Of a DNA stretch of 64,000 bases, positions 21,062 to 30,447 are shown piece by piece. The notes beneath the pieces are model-generated. The model worked only from the letters and a program-made list of their open reading frames with translations, did not search any database and was not told where the DNA came from. Source of the DNA: Thermoflexales bacterium (GTDB taxonomy: Bacteria; Chloroflexota; Anaerolineae; J036; Brachytrichaceae); assembly GCA_019694215.1 (NCBI GenBank), contig JAIBCK010000002.1, positions 1 through 64,000 of the forward strand, in the 5' to 3' direction. The position numbers were made by a program, and so were the translations under genes. Numbering within the stretch: position 1 is the first letter of the stretch; every line of letters begins with the position of its first letter.

Positions 21062-21826
21062 GTGGGACGCTGGCTCAAGCTCGGGCTCGACATTCTGATT
21101 GGCGCGGTCATCCCCATCTACCTGCTCGAAAACATGAGCGAGCGGTGGGGCACGGTCCCCACCTACGTCGTCGCGGCGCTGATTCCGGTTGCCTACGTGC
21201 TGGTCGATACCTTGTTCATCACGCGGCGCTTCAACGTCATCACCAGCTTCGCCGCGGCGGGTGCCCTCCTGCGCGGCGGGCTGGCCTTCTGGTTTGTGGA
21301 TGGCCTGCGCTTCGCAGTCAAAGACACGCTGGGCTTTGTACTGAACCTGACCCTCTTTGGCGGCAGCCTGCTGCTCGGAAAGCCGATCATGCGCTTCTTC
21401 CTGGCGCAGGCGCTGGCACCGGACAACGCGGAGAAGCGCGCTGCGTTGGACGCGGCCCTTGCCGAAGGCGGCGTCGCGCGGGCGATACGCAATGCCACTG
21501 GTCTGCTGGCCGGCGAGGCCGCGCTGACGGGCGTCGTCAATTTCGCGCTCAACCTGCAAATCGTCACGGCCGCCTTTGGCGATGCGATTTTCAACAAACA
21601 GGTCGCCCAGGTCAACGCCATCACGCGGATCGCGTTCACGGTGACGAGCTTCCTGGCCTTTGGGCTGGGATTCTTTCTGATCTATCGCACGCTCTATGCG
21701 ATCCTGCCAGAAGAACCAGGCAAGGCCAAGGAGGAGAGCGACTTGCTCACCTTGATCGTGGCATGGTACCGGGCACGCCGTGGCGAGCCCTCGCCCGGGA
21801 TGGATCAGGCCGAGCGCACGGCGTAG
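21062..21826 (+). CDS. Conserved hypothetical polytopic membrane protein
   Basis: GTG start 5 nt after the ccdA stop. Multiple TM segments. I do not recognise the family. Confidence 0.4.
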   Translation: MGRWLKLGLDILIGAVIPIYLLENMSERWGTVPTYVVAALIPVAYVLVDTLFITRRFNVITSFAAAGALLRGGLAFWFVDGLRFAVKDTLGFVLNLTLFGGSLLLGKPIMRFFLAQALAPDNAEKRAALDAALAEGGVARAIRNATGLLAGEAALTGVVNFALNLQIVTAAFGDAIFNKQVAQVNAITRIAFTVTSFLAFGLGFFLIYRTLYAILPEEPGKAKEESDLLTLIVAWYRARRGEPSPGMDQAERTA

Positions 21827-22590
21827 AGAAAGCCGATGTGATCGTGGGCGGGGTTGCGGCGTAGCACGACGCCGAACCCGCGCTGCCGCAGCAGGTTGGC
21901 CAACCAGGCGCCGGAGTAGTGCGTCACACCGTCGTGATATTCCATCGCGATCGTACCGATTCGGTCCAACGTTCCGTCCTCGGCTGCGCGCTGCAGGATG
22001 TCATACTCGGCCCCCTCGCAGTCCAGTTTGAGGAAATCGCAGCGGGTTGCGCCCAGTGATTCGAGCGCCTCACCCAGAGGACGTTGCTCGATGTGTTCGC
22101 CCAGGTCCCCGCCCTCGCGAACGGTGCTGTGCTGGACGGCGACGCCGGTCTCCAGGCTGAGACGGACTTCGCCGCGCGACGCGCCAATCGCCATGCGGTG
22201 TGCCTCAACGTTGTTCAGGCCGTTTTCCGCGATGTTGCGCTGCAGCAGCCCGAAGGACTCGCCAAACGGCTCGAAGGCCAGCACGCGGGCGCGCGGAAAG
22301 CGGCGGGCGACCGAAATGGCGAAGTCGCCCAGACCCGCCCCAATGTCGACCACAGTATCGCCGTCCTTCAACGTCGCGCCGGCCCGCTCGTAGTCACGAT
22401 CGAGACACGTCTCTTTGATCACCCATGCGTCCATCGCGCTGCGCGCGCTGAAGCGGGCGCCATTGCGCAGGTGGGCGACGAAGGGGCTGCGTCGGGCCGC
22501 CGCGAGGGCGATCTGGAGCGGGTTAGAGAAGCCAAGGAGCGCGACGGGGATCGAACGCGCGTAGTAGGTCAGGCGGCGAAGCAGGGTCAT
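21805..22590 (-). CDS. FkbM-family SAM-dependent methyltransferase
   Basis: VVDIGAGLGDF SAM-binding motif and FkbM-like length. Confidence 0.75.
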   Translation of the reverse strand: MTLLRRLTYYARSIPVALLGFSNPLQIALAAARRSPFVAHLRNGARFSARSAMDAWVIKETCLDRDYERAGATLKDGDTVVDIGAGLGDFAISVARRFPRARVLAFEPFGESFGLLQRNIAENGLNNVEAHRMAIGASRGEVRLSLETGVAVQHSTVREGGDLGEHIEQRPLGEALESLGATRCDFLKLDCEGAEYDILQRAAEDGTLDRIGTIAMEYHDGVTHYSGAWLANLLRQRGFGVVLRRNPAHDHIGFLYAVRSA

Positions 22591-22637
22591 GGTGGGCAGG
22601 GACGAATGTTAGCAGGGCGGCGGCGCGGGTCTGCGCC

Positions 22638-23504
22638 TCACACGCCCCAGTCGCGCGGATACAGGAAATCGGCCCCGACGGTACGGGTACTGATCTTGGC
22701 GATGAGGGGATAGCGGCGCTTGAACTGGTTGCGCGCGACCATCCCCGCCACGCGCTTGACCAGCGCGGCGTCAAGGCCAAGGGCGATGGCCTCTTCTGGG
22801 CTGTAGCGCAGGTCGACGAGCACGCGCAGGATGCGATCGACGGCGTCGTAGGTCAGCCCCATCTCGCCTTCGTCGGTCTGACCCTCCCACAGGTCTGCGG
22901 AAGGGGCCTTGTCCAGGATCGGCTTCGGCACGTCCATCGCTGCCGCCAGCTGGCGGATCTGGGCTTTGTAGAGATCGCCCAACGGATTGAGTGCACATGC
23001 CTGGTCGCCGAAGAGCGTCGTGTAGCCGAGCATGAGCTCCGTCTTGTTTCCGGTGCCCACGACGAGGCCATTGAAGGCGGCGCTGCGATCAAAGAGCACG
23101 ACCATGCGGCAGCGCGCCATCGCATTTCCCGCTCGGAGCGGTGTGACCTGGCTGCTTTGGCCAAGCAAACTGTCGACCATCCCACTGATGTCGACGGTCT
23201 GGGCGCGCACGCCCAGCTGATCGATCACCAACTGCGCATGCGCAAGGCTGCCCGCTGATGATGTGCGATACGGCATGCGCACGGCAAGCACGTTCTCTGG
23301 GCCGAGCGCTTCCGCAGCGAGGAAACAGGACAGCGCCGAGTCGATGCCGCCCGAAAGCCCGAGAACGGCGCGAGACAGCCCGACCTTGCGGATCTCGTCG
23401 CGCAGAAAGCCGACCAGCATGCGACGCGCCAGGGCGACATCGAGGATGGGAAGGCCGGGTGAAATCGATTGGGACACCGCGCGCGATCTTACCTGATCCG
23501 TCAC
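22638..23504 (-). CDS. nadE: NH3-dependent NAD+ synthetase
   Basis: PP-loop GLSGGIDS and NadE-like architecture. 288 aa. Confidence 0.85.
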   Translation of the reverse strand: MTDQVRSRAVSQSISPGLPILDVALARRMLVGFLRDEIRKVGLSRAVLGLSGGIDSALSCFLAAEALGPENVLAVRMPYRTSSAGSLAHAQLVIDQLGVRAQTVDISGMVDSLLGQSSQVTPLRAGNAMARCRMVVLFDRSAAFNGLVVGTGNKTELMLGYTTLFGDQACALNPLGDLYKAQIRQLAAAMDVPKPILDKAPSADLWEGQTDEGEMGLTYDAVDRILRVLVDLRYSPEEAIALGLDAALVKRVAGMVARNQFKRRYPLIAKISTRTVGADFLYPRDWGV

Positions 23505-23580
23505 CTGCCGGTGCTGCGGTCATCTGTATCCCGATGCGAACCAGGTCCCGGACATTCACATCCGTTAGAGCGTCCGAGCC

Positions 23581-23586
23581 TATACT
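23581..23586 (+). promoter_or_regulatory. Candidate -10 hexamer TATACT 7 nt upstream of an ATG (possible leaderless transcript)
   Basis: TATACT ends 7 nt before the ATG at 23594. No SD is possible in that spacing. Confidence 0.35.
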
Positions 23587-23593
23587 CGCACGC

Positions 23594-24532
23594 ATGTTTC
23601 ACGACACAGAGATCATCGACTTTCACTCGCACTTTGGGCAGATCATGCCCGAGTGGCTCAAGAACCATGCTCCGCCCTATCACGCCCTCAGCGAGAAGCG
23701 GCAGCAGATCGCGCGCGGCTTCGCCATGCAGTACAACGCACAGTGGCGGGATGCCTGGGATATGCCGGTCCCGGAGCGCGGGCAGCAGACCCCGGAGGAG
23801 CTGGCGCACCGCTGGGCGCGCGAGCTGGACGAAAACGGCATCAGCAAGATCGTCTGGGTGACCGGCATGGGCAACGACACGCTGGGCAAGGTCTGCGCGA
23901 TGTATCCCGACAAATTCATCGGCATGGCGCATCATGACCCGTTTGCCCCGAACGCCGCCGACGAGATGGAGCGCTGCATCAAGACCTACGGGTTCCGCGC
24001 CTTCAAGACGATTGGTCCGTGGCTGAGCCGGCCGATCAATGACCCGGCGCTTTACCCGCTTTGGGAGGTGTGCGCGGCCTACGAGACGCCGGTGCTGATC
24101 CATTTTGGGATCCTGGGCAGCGGTGGCGGGATCGCCAACCACATCAACATGAATCCGATGATGATTCACGATGTGGCCAAGATGTTCCCGGATGTGACGT
24201 TTGTCGTCCCGCACTTCGGCTGTGGCTACATCACCGACACGCTGATGCTGTGCTGGGCGTGCGGCAATGTCTGCATCGACACCTCGGGGAGCAACCAGTG
24301 GGTGCGCTGGGTGCAGGGCCAGGAGACCACGCAGACGCTGTTCCGCAAGTATCTCGAGACCATCGGGCCGAGCCGCATCCTGTTTGGGACGGACTCGAGC
24401 TGGTTCCCGCGCGGTTTCTCGATGCGCTATCTGCAGGACCAGTGGCGCGACCTCGTGGACCTGAACGTGCCCCGCAGCACCCTCGAGGCGATCTTTGGGG
24501 GCAATGCGCGCCGCCTGCTCAAGCTTGGCTAG
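23594..24532 (+). CDS. Amidohydrolase_2 family (TIM-barrel metal-dependent hydrolase)
   Basis: N-terminal IIDFHSHF metal-binding motif and a C-terminal FGTD motif. 312 aa. Confidence 0.7.
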   Translation: MFHDTEIIDFHSHFGQIMPEWLKNHAPPYHALSEKRQQIARGFAMQYNAQWRDAWDMPVPERGQQTPEELAHRWARELDENGISKIVWVTGMGNDTLGKVCAMYPDKFIGMAHHDPFAPNAADEMERCIKTYGFRAFKTIGPWLSRPINDPALYPLWEVCAAYETPVLIHFGILGSGGGIANHINMNPMMIHDVAKMFPDVTFVVPHFGCGYITDTLMLCWACGNVCIDTSGSNQWVRWVQGQETTQTLFRKYLETIGPSRILFGTDSSWFPRGFSMRYLQDQWRDLVDLNVPRSTLEAIFGGNARRLLKLG

Positions 24533-24646
24533 CGCCAGACCACGGGCAGGGTTACAATCATTCGAGCCGTCGCGTTCGCGCGGCCCCGGGGAGAGGGGAC
24601 CATTGCGTTATGCGCAGCGTGAGCGCGGTTGCCAAAAGGAGCAAAT

Positions 24647-26008
24647 ATGAAATCCACGAAGCTTACATTTCTGGGCCTGGCAAGCGCGCTGATCCTCGCC
24701 GCCTGCACAGGCGGTGCGGCGGCGCCGACCGCCGCCCCCGTTGCCCCGGCAGCGACGACCGCAGCCGCCAAGCCGACCGAACCCGCGAAGCCCGCGCCTG
24801 CGGCCGGCGAGACCATCACGATCGAATACTGGCAGTACAACTTCCAGGTCCGCATCGACGCGATGAACGACCTCATCAAGCAGTTCGAGGCGGCCAACCC
24901 CGGGATCAAGGTCGTTCACAACAGTGAGATCCCGAATGCCGACTTCCAGACCAAGATTGCTGCGGCCGCGGCCGCGGGCGCTGGTCCCGATGTCGTGACG
25001 CTGTTCAATGGCTGGGTGCCTGCCTGGGTCGACGCGGGCTACGTCATCCCGCTGCCCGAGAAGGACTTCCCGCCGGCGGAGATCGAGAAGAACTTCACCT
25101 CGCTGGTGCAGGGGACGAAGTTCCAGGGCAAGTACTGGGCCATCCCGACCGCCGTGCGCTCGCTGGCTCTGTTCTGGAACAAGGACATGTTCAAGGCCGC
25201 CGGCCTCGATCCCGAGAAGCCACCTGCGACGCTGGACGAGTTTGTCGACTACGCCAAGAAGCTGACCAAGACCGAAGGCGGCAAGATCACCCAGCAGGGC
25301 TTTGCGGTCGAGATGAACGGCCAGGCCCACCAGTGGTTCCGCGAGGTGCTTACGCGGCAGTTCGGCGAGACCCCGTTCTCGGCCGACAACAAGACCATCA
25401 ACTACGGCAGCGCCAAGGCCTGCGAGGCCTTCACGTGGCTGACCAAGTTCGAGACCGACTACAAGACCGGCAGCAATGACCTGTTCGACGGCGCCACGAC
25501 GGCGTTTACGAATGGCAAGCTGGCCATGCACATCGATGGCTCGTTCCGCCTCGGCGCGCTGAACTCGGCCAAGGGCCTGAACTTCGGCGTGGCCGTGCTG
25601 CCGACGCGCAACGACATCAAGTCGAACTTCGGCTCGTTCTGGACGCACGGCATCACCAAGAAGGCCGCCGCGGACCCGAAGAAGCTCGAAGCCTCGATCA
25701 AGTTCCTGAAGTTCATCACCACGCCAGCCGCTGGCACGCTGTGGGTGAAGTACACGGGCGAGCTGCCCGCGCAGCTGTCCGCCGCCGCCGACCCCGCGCT
25801 GGCCGCCGACCCGAAGCTGGGCGCGTTCGCCAAGCAGATGCCGTACAGCATCGCGACCTTCTTCGTCGACGAGGCCAAGCAGCGCCAGGCGCTGATCGAT
25901 GCCTTTGACGCCGTCCGCCTCAACAAGGTGGATCCGTGCAAGGCCCTCGCAGACGCCGCCAAGAAGGACCAGGCGCTCTACGACGACTTCTGGGCGAAGC
26001 ACAAGTAA
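24647..26008 (+). CDS. Sugar ABC transporter substrate-binding lipoprotein (SBP family 1)
   Basis: Lipobox LAAC, Ala/Pro-rich linker, and SBP_bac_1-like features. AAGGAG RBS upstream. Confidence 0.85.
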   Translation: MKSTKLTFLGLASALILAACTGGAAAPTAAPVAPAATTAAAKPTEPAKPAPAAGETITIEYWQYNFQVRIDAMNDLIKQFEAANPGIKVVHNSEIPNADFQTKIAAAAAAGAGPDVVTLFNGWVPAWVDAGYVIPLPEKDFPPAEIEKNFTSLVQGTKFQGKYWAIPTAVRSLALFWNKDMFKAAGLDPEKPPATLDEFVDYAKKLTKTEGGKITQQGFAVEMNGQAHQWFREVLTRQFGETPFSADNKTINYGSAKACEAFTWLTKFETDYKTGSNDLFDGATTAFTNGKLAMHIDGSFRLGALNSAKGLNFGVAVLPTRNDIKSNFGSFWTHGITKKAAADPKKLEASIKFLKFITTPAAGTLWVKYTGELPAQLSAAADPALAADPKLGAFAKQMPYSIATFFVDEAKQRQALIDAFDAVRLNKVDPCKALADAAKKDQALYDDFWAKHK

Positions 26009-26079
26009 CTGACTTTCGTCCGTTGGCCGGCAGGGTGGTGCAATACTCCGCCCTGCCGGTTTCATTCCCCGCAAACGCC

Positions 26080-26982
26080 ATGACCCTGAAAAACCGTCGC
26101 ATCCTGTGGGCGTATCTCTTCCTGCTGATCCCGCTGACCTTCTTCATCGTCGTCAGGACGGGACCGACCCTGTTCGCGTTTGACATCAGCCTGAGGAATT
26201 ACAACCCGATGGCGGCGGACAAGCCCTACAACGACTTTGCCAACTTCGCGCGGCTGTTCAAGGATCTGGCGGATCCGGATCACGTCACCCGAAAGGCGTT
26301 CGAGAACACGTTCAAGTACGTGCTGATCGGCATGCCTTTGCAGCTGTCCATCGGGCTGCTGTTTGCGATGCTGTTGAACACGATCCGCCGCCTGCGCACG
26401 CTCTACCGCGTGATCTACTTCATCCCCTTTGTCACGAGCGCCGTTGCGGTGGCGTGGGTGTGGCGTTCGCTCTACATGCCCGACTTCGGGCTGTTCAACC
26501 TGATTCTCGAATTGTTCGGGGTGCCCTCCCAGCGCTTCCTGCTCGATCCCGCGCAGTCGCTGCCGAGTGTCACGGCCGTCGTGGTGTGGCAGGGCCTCGG
26601 GTATGTCATCATCATCTTTCTCGCGGGGCTGCAGGGCATCCCTGAAACGTTCTACGAAGCGGCCCGCGTCGACGGCGCCAACCGCTGGAAGATCTTCACC
26701 AAGGTCACCCTGCCCCTGCTCAACCCCACCCTGGTGTATTTGCTGGTGCTGCAAACCATCGCCTTCCTGCGCATGTTTGCCGAGGTCGTGAACCTGAGCC
26801 GGCAGGGCGACGGCGGCCCGGTGAATTCGACGACGACGGTGGTATTGCGCGTCTTCCGGGAGAGCTTTGGGAGCAGCTTGAACATGGGCTATGGCGCGGC
26901 GATCACCGTAATGCTCTTTGTCATCATCATGACCATTTCGTTGGTGCAGATGCGGCTGACGCAGCGCCAGGTGGAGTACTAG
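26080..26982 (+). CDS. Sugar ABC transporter permease (MalF-like)
   Basis: Six TMs with an EAA-like motif region. Confidence 0.85.
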   Translation: MTLKNRRILWAYLFLLIPLTFFIVVRTGPTLFAFDISLRNYNPMAADKPYNDFANFARLFKDLADPDHVTRKAFENTFKYVLIGMPLQLSIGLLFAMLLNTIRRLRTLYRVIYFIPFVTSAVAVAWVWRSLYMPDFGLFNLILELFGVPSQRFLLDPAQSLPSVTAVVVWQGLGYVIIIFLAGLQGIPETFYEAARVDGANRWKIFTKVTLPLLNPTLVYLLVLQTIAFLRMFAEVVNLSRQGDGGPVNSTTTVVLRVFRESFGSSLNMGYGAAITVMLFVIIMTISLVQMRLTQRQVEY

Positions 26983-26983
26983 G

Positions 26984-27829
26984 ATGGACCTTACCTACTC
27001 CCCTCCCCGCCGCCGCGGCCTGCCAACCCCACAGATCGTGGCCTATGCGATCCTGACGCTGGGCGCACTTGCCATGGTGACGCCGTTTATCTGGATGGTG
27101 GCGACCTCGTTCAAGAGCCCGGGCGAGATTCTGCAACCGCGCTTCCTGCCCGAAGATCCGACCGGCGACAACTACACGCAGGTACTCACTCGCACGCTGT
27201 TTCCGCAGTGGTATCTCAACAGCCTGGTGGCCGCGGCCATCAGCACGGCGAGTGTGGGCTTCTTTGACAGCCTGACCGGCTATGTCTTCTCGAAGTTCGA
27301 GTTTCCCGGCAAACGGATTGCCTTCATCCTCGTTCTGGCGACGTTGATGGTGCCGACCGAGATGCTGGTCATCCCCTGGTATGTCATGGCCCAGCAAACC
27401 AGCCTTGTGGACACGACGCTGGGCATCGTCTTCCCCGGCCTGATCACCGCGACGGGCGTTTTCCTGATGCGCCAGGCCTTCAAGAGCGTGCCCGACGAGC
27501 TGCTGGATGCCGCGCGCATCGACGGCATGAATGAGTTCGGCATCTTCTCAACGGTGGCCTGGCCGCTCGTCATGCCCTCCGTGGCGGCGATCTGCATCTT
27601 CAATTTCCTGGGCAACTGGAATGCGTACATCTGGCCTCTCATCGTGACGAGCAAGCGCGCGACCATGACGCTGCCGATCGGGCTGGCCTTCTTCAGCAGC
27701 GAGGCGGGCAGCGCATGGAACCTGATCATGGCCGGCGCGACGCTGTCGACCGTCCCGTTGCTCACTGTCTTTGTCTTTCTGCAGCGTCAGATCATCCAGG
27801 GTGTGGCGTTGACGGGTATGAAATCGTAG
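26984..27829 (+). CDS. Sugar ABC transporter permease (MalG-like)
   Basis: Six TMs and an EAA motif (DAARIDGMNEF). Confidence 0.85.
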   Translation: MDLTYSPPRRRGLPTPQIVAYAILTLGALAMVTPFIWMVATSFKSPGEILQPRFLPEDPTGDNYTQVLTRTLFPQWYLNSLVAAAISTASVGFFDSLTGYVFSKFEFPGKRIAFILVLATLMVPTEMLVIPWYVMAQQTSLVDTTLGIVFPGLITATGVFLMRQAFKSVPDELLDAARIDGMNEFGIFSTVAWPLVMPSVAAICIFNFLGNWNAYIWPLIVTSKRATMTLPIGLAFFSSEAGSAWNLIMAGATLSTVPLLTVFVFLQRQIIQGVALTGMKS

Positions 27830-27833
27830 CCAC

Positions 27834-29234
27834 ATGGGAACCTTTCCGCATCCGCTGTATCGACGGCTCGTCCTCGAGCCAACCTATGCCGGCGCGTCGC
27901 GCCATCTGTTTGAGCCCATGTTGGCCGCGAACCGCGCCCACGTGCGCATGTTGGCACGTCAGGGCCTGATCGAGCCCGCCTGCCGGGACCGCATCCTCGA
28001 GGCGCTCAAGACCATCGAGGACATGGGCATCGAGGCGTTTCCGTATCGCCCGCCCACCGAGGACCTGTTCTTCGCCATCGAGGGGAAGGTCATCGAGCTG
28101 GCCGGACCGGACTGCGGTGGCAACCTGCAGCTGGCCCGCAGCCGCAACGACCTGGGGGCGGCACTCGGCCGCATGGCGCTGCGTGAACTGCAGGGTCGGC
28201 TAATCGTCGCCCAGAAGGCCCTGCGCCGCGTGATCCTGAGCCAGGCGCGCGCCCACCTCGGGACGCTGATGCCCGGGCACACGCATACGCAACCGGCGCA
28301 GCCGACGACCTTTGCCCACTATCTGATGGCGGTTGCATCGGCGCTCGCACGCGACACTGCGCGCATGGAGCAGGCCCGCAAGGTGACCAACCGCAGCCCG
28401 CTGGGCGCGGCAGCCTTCACGACCACGGGCTTTCCGATCGACCGCGAGTCAGTGGCGAAGGAATTGGGCTTTGAAGGATTGATGGTCAACGCCCACGACG
28501 CCATCGGCGCCGCCGACCACTACCTGCAGACCGCGAGCGCGCTCCAGATCATGGCCAGCACGCTCAGCCGCTTCTGCCACGACCTGCTGATCATGGCAAC
28601 CCGCGAGGTCGGCGCGCTCACCGTCGACGACAGCTTCATCCAGATCAGCTCGATCATGCCGCAGAAGCGCAATCCGGTTGTATTGGAGCATCTGCGGGCG
28701 CGGCTGGCGCAGCTGTATGGCGGCGCGCAGACCGTCTTCGTCCAGGCGCACAACGTGTTCTACGGTGATACGCAGGACATCGAAGATGAGATGCACGATC
28801 CCTTCTTTGCGTTGTGCGAGACCGCCCTCGATTGCTTGGACCTGCTGACGGAAACCGTCTCCACCCTGAACATCAACACCCAGGTGCTGGCTGCGCGGGC
28901 TGCGGCGGGCTTCACAACCGCGACCGAGCTGGCGGATGCGCTGGTGCGCGAGCGCGGCTATCCCTTCCGGAGCGCCCACGGCATCACGAGCCGCGTGGTG
29001 CGAACCGCTCTGGCGGCGGGGCTCGAACCTGCGGACGTCACCGCAGACATGATCAATGCCGCCATCGATGCGCAAGGCCTGCCCCGGCCGACACCACCCA
29101 TCGACGCCGACTTTGCCCGGCGCGCGCTCGATCCGGCCCTGTTCGTTGCATCGCGCAACGTGATGGGTGGCGTCGGCCGTCAAGCGGCTGAGGCGATGTT
29201 GACCGCGCTCGAGACGGAATTGGCGGCGTCGTAG
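27834..29234 (+). CDS. Argininosuccinate lyase family (fumarate lyase class I) paralog
   Basis: Signature SSIMPQKRNP. It lacks the canonical ArgH N-terminal WGGRF motif. Confidence 0.7.
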   Translation: MGTFPHPLYRRLVLEPTYAGASRHLFEPMLAANRAHVRMLARQGLIEPACRDRILEALKTIEDMGIEAFPYRPPTEDLFFAIEGKVIELAGPDCGGNLQLARSRNDLGAALGRMALRELQGRLIVAQKALRRVILSQARAHLGTLMPGHTHTQPAQPTTFAHYLMAVASALARDTARMEQARKVTNRSPLGAAAFTTTGFPIDRESVAKELGFEGLMVNAHDAIGAADHYLQTASALQIMASTLSRFCHDLLIMATREVGALTVDDSFIQISSIMPQKRNPVVLEHLRARLAQLYGGAQTVFVQAHNVFYGDTQDIEDEMHDPFFALCETALDCLDLLTETVSTLNINTQVLAARAAAGFTTATELADALVRERGYPFRSAHGITSRVVRTALAAGLEPADVTADMINAAIDAQGLPRPTPPIDADFARRALDPALFVASRNVMGGVGRQAAEAMLTALETELAAS

Positions 29235-29292
29235 CGCAGCCTCCCACCGGTGTCCCGGAACGAGACCCGGTGCGTGGATAGAATCAGCCATC

Positions 29293-29988
29293 ATGCCAGC
29301 CACACCCCACATTGAAAAGCACTTCACCAGCAGCGAAACCGTGCGCGACATCGTCATCGGGATGTCCGACGGATTGACGGTTCCCTTTGCGCTGGCGGCC
29401 GGACTTTCCGGCGCGGCTTCGGCGACCACGATCGTCGTCACCGCCGGCCTGGCCGAAATCGCGGCGGGATCCATCGCGATGGGCCTCGGTGGCTACATGG
29501 CGGCGCGTGGGGATGCCGAGCACTACGCGGCGGAGCGGGAGCGCGAGGTCCGCGAAACGAAAGAGCTGGCGGAACGCGAGCGCGCCGAAGTGAGCGGCAT
29601 CTTCCAGAGCTACGGCCTGAGCGAAGCGCAGGCGGCGCCCATCGTCAGTGCGCTCGCGCAGAACCCTGACAAATACGTCGACTTCATGATGCGCTACGAG
29701 CTTGGTCTGGAGGCCCCCGACAAGTCGCGCGAGCTGAAGAGCCCGCTCACGATTGGCCTGTCGTATATCGCGGGTGGACTGATTCCCCTCGCGCCCTACA
29801 TGCTGATCGCCAACATGTCGACGGCGCTCGTGGTTTCGGTCGTCTTCACGCTAATCGCCCTGTTTGTCTTCGGAGCGGTCAAAGGTCGCTTTACCGGTGC
29901 TCCGCCGCTTCGAAGCGGGCTGCAGACGCTCCTCATCGGCGGCATTGCCGCTGGCGTAGCGTTTGGCGTTGCGAAGTTGCTTGGCTGA
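29293..29988 (+). CDS. VIT1/CCC1-family Fe/Mn transporter
   Basis: VIT-family organisation: N-terminal TMs, a coiled acidic cytoplasmic loop (EREREVRETKELAERERAE), then C-terminal TMs. Confidence 0.8.
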   Translation: MPATPHIEKHFTSSETVRDIVIGMSDGLTVPFALAAGLSGAASATTIVVTAGLAEIAAGSIAMGLGGYMAARGDAEHYAAEREREVRETKELAERERAEVSGIFQSYGLSEAQAAPIVSALAQNPDKYVDFMMRYELGLEAPDKSRELKSPLTIGLSYIAGGLIPLAPYMLIANMSTALVVSVVFTLIALFVFGAVKGRFTGAPPLRSGLQTLLIGGIAAGVAFGVAKLLG

Positions 29989-29994
29989 CGGCTG

Positions 29995-30405
29995 TCAGGC
30001 GGGCAGCGGCCCGGTGTAGACGAACTCAAACAGGATGCGGTCCGGGGACTCGAACATGACCTGGTAGTAGGTCTGGCCCGGGCCGCGCGCGAACTCAGGG
30101 CGGTGGCGCGGCGTTTCAAACAGGGCCGCGACCTTGTGTTCGCGCAGCCAGCCGACCAGGGCGTCGACATCGGCGATGCTCTCCGCGCCCAGTGCAACGT
30201 GGTTGAGCCCCGGGGCGTCGTAGTCATTGGCCGTTTTGTGCGGGGCCTCACCAAACCAAATGCTGATGTCCCCCGCGCCGGCCACGCCCAACATGCCGTG
30301 ATCGTCGTAGATGTTGATCCAGCCCAGGGTCGCGAAGAGCTGGCGATAGAAGGCGATGTTCTCGGTGCGAATGCCGAAGACGAGATGTCCGAGGTTTGCT
30401 TTCAT
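29995..30405 (-). CDS. VOC (glyoxalase/bleomycin-resistance) family protein
   Basis: About 136 aa with a glyoxalase-like beta-alpha-beta-beta-beta pattern. Confidence 0.6.
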   Translation of the reverse strand: MKANLGHLVFGIRTENIAFYRQLFATLGWINIYDDHGMLGVAGAGDISIWFGEAPHKTANDYDAPGLNHVALGAESIADVDALVGWLREHKVAALFETPRHRPEFARGPGQTYYQVMFESPDRILFEFVYTGPLPA

Positions 30406-30447
30406 GGTTGTACTCCTGTGGGCGCAGCTTGACGCCCAATTGGCGCA

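Noticed and set aside
27834-29234. Calling this gene bona fide argH (argininosuccinate lyase)
   Set aside because: It lacks the conserved ArgH N-terminal motif and has no arginine-biosynthesis neighbours. It is kept as a family-level assignment only.
29235-29292. Mn-responsive yybP-ykoY riboswitch upstream of the VIT-family transporter
   Set aside because: The leader is only 58 nt and shows no recognisable conserved riboswitch elements. It is too short for the aptamer.
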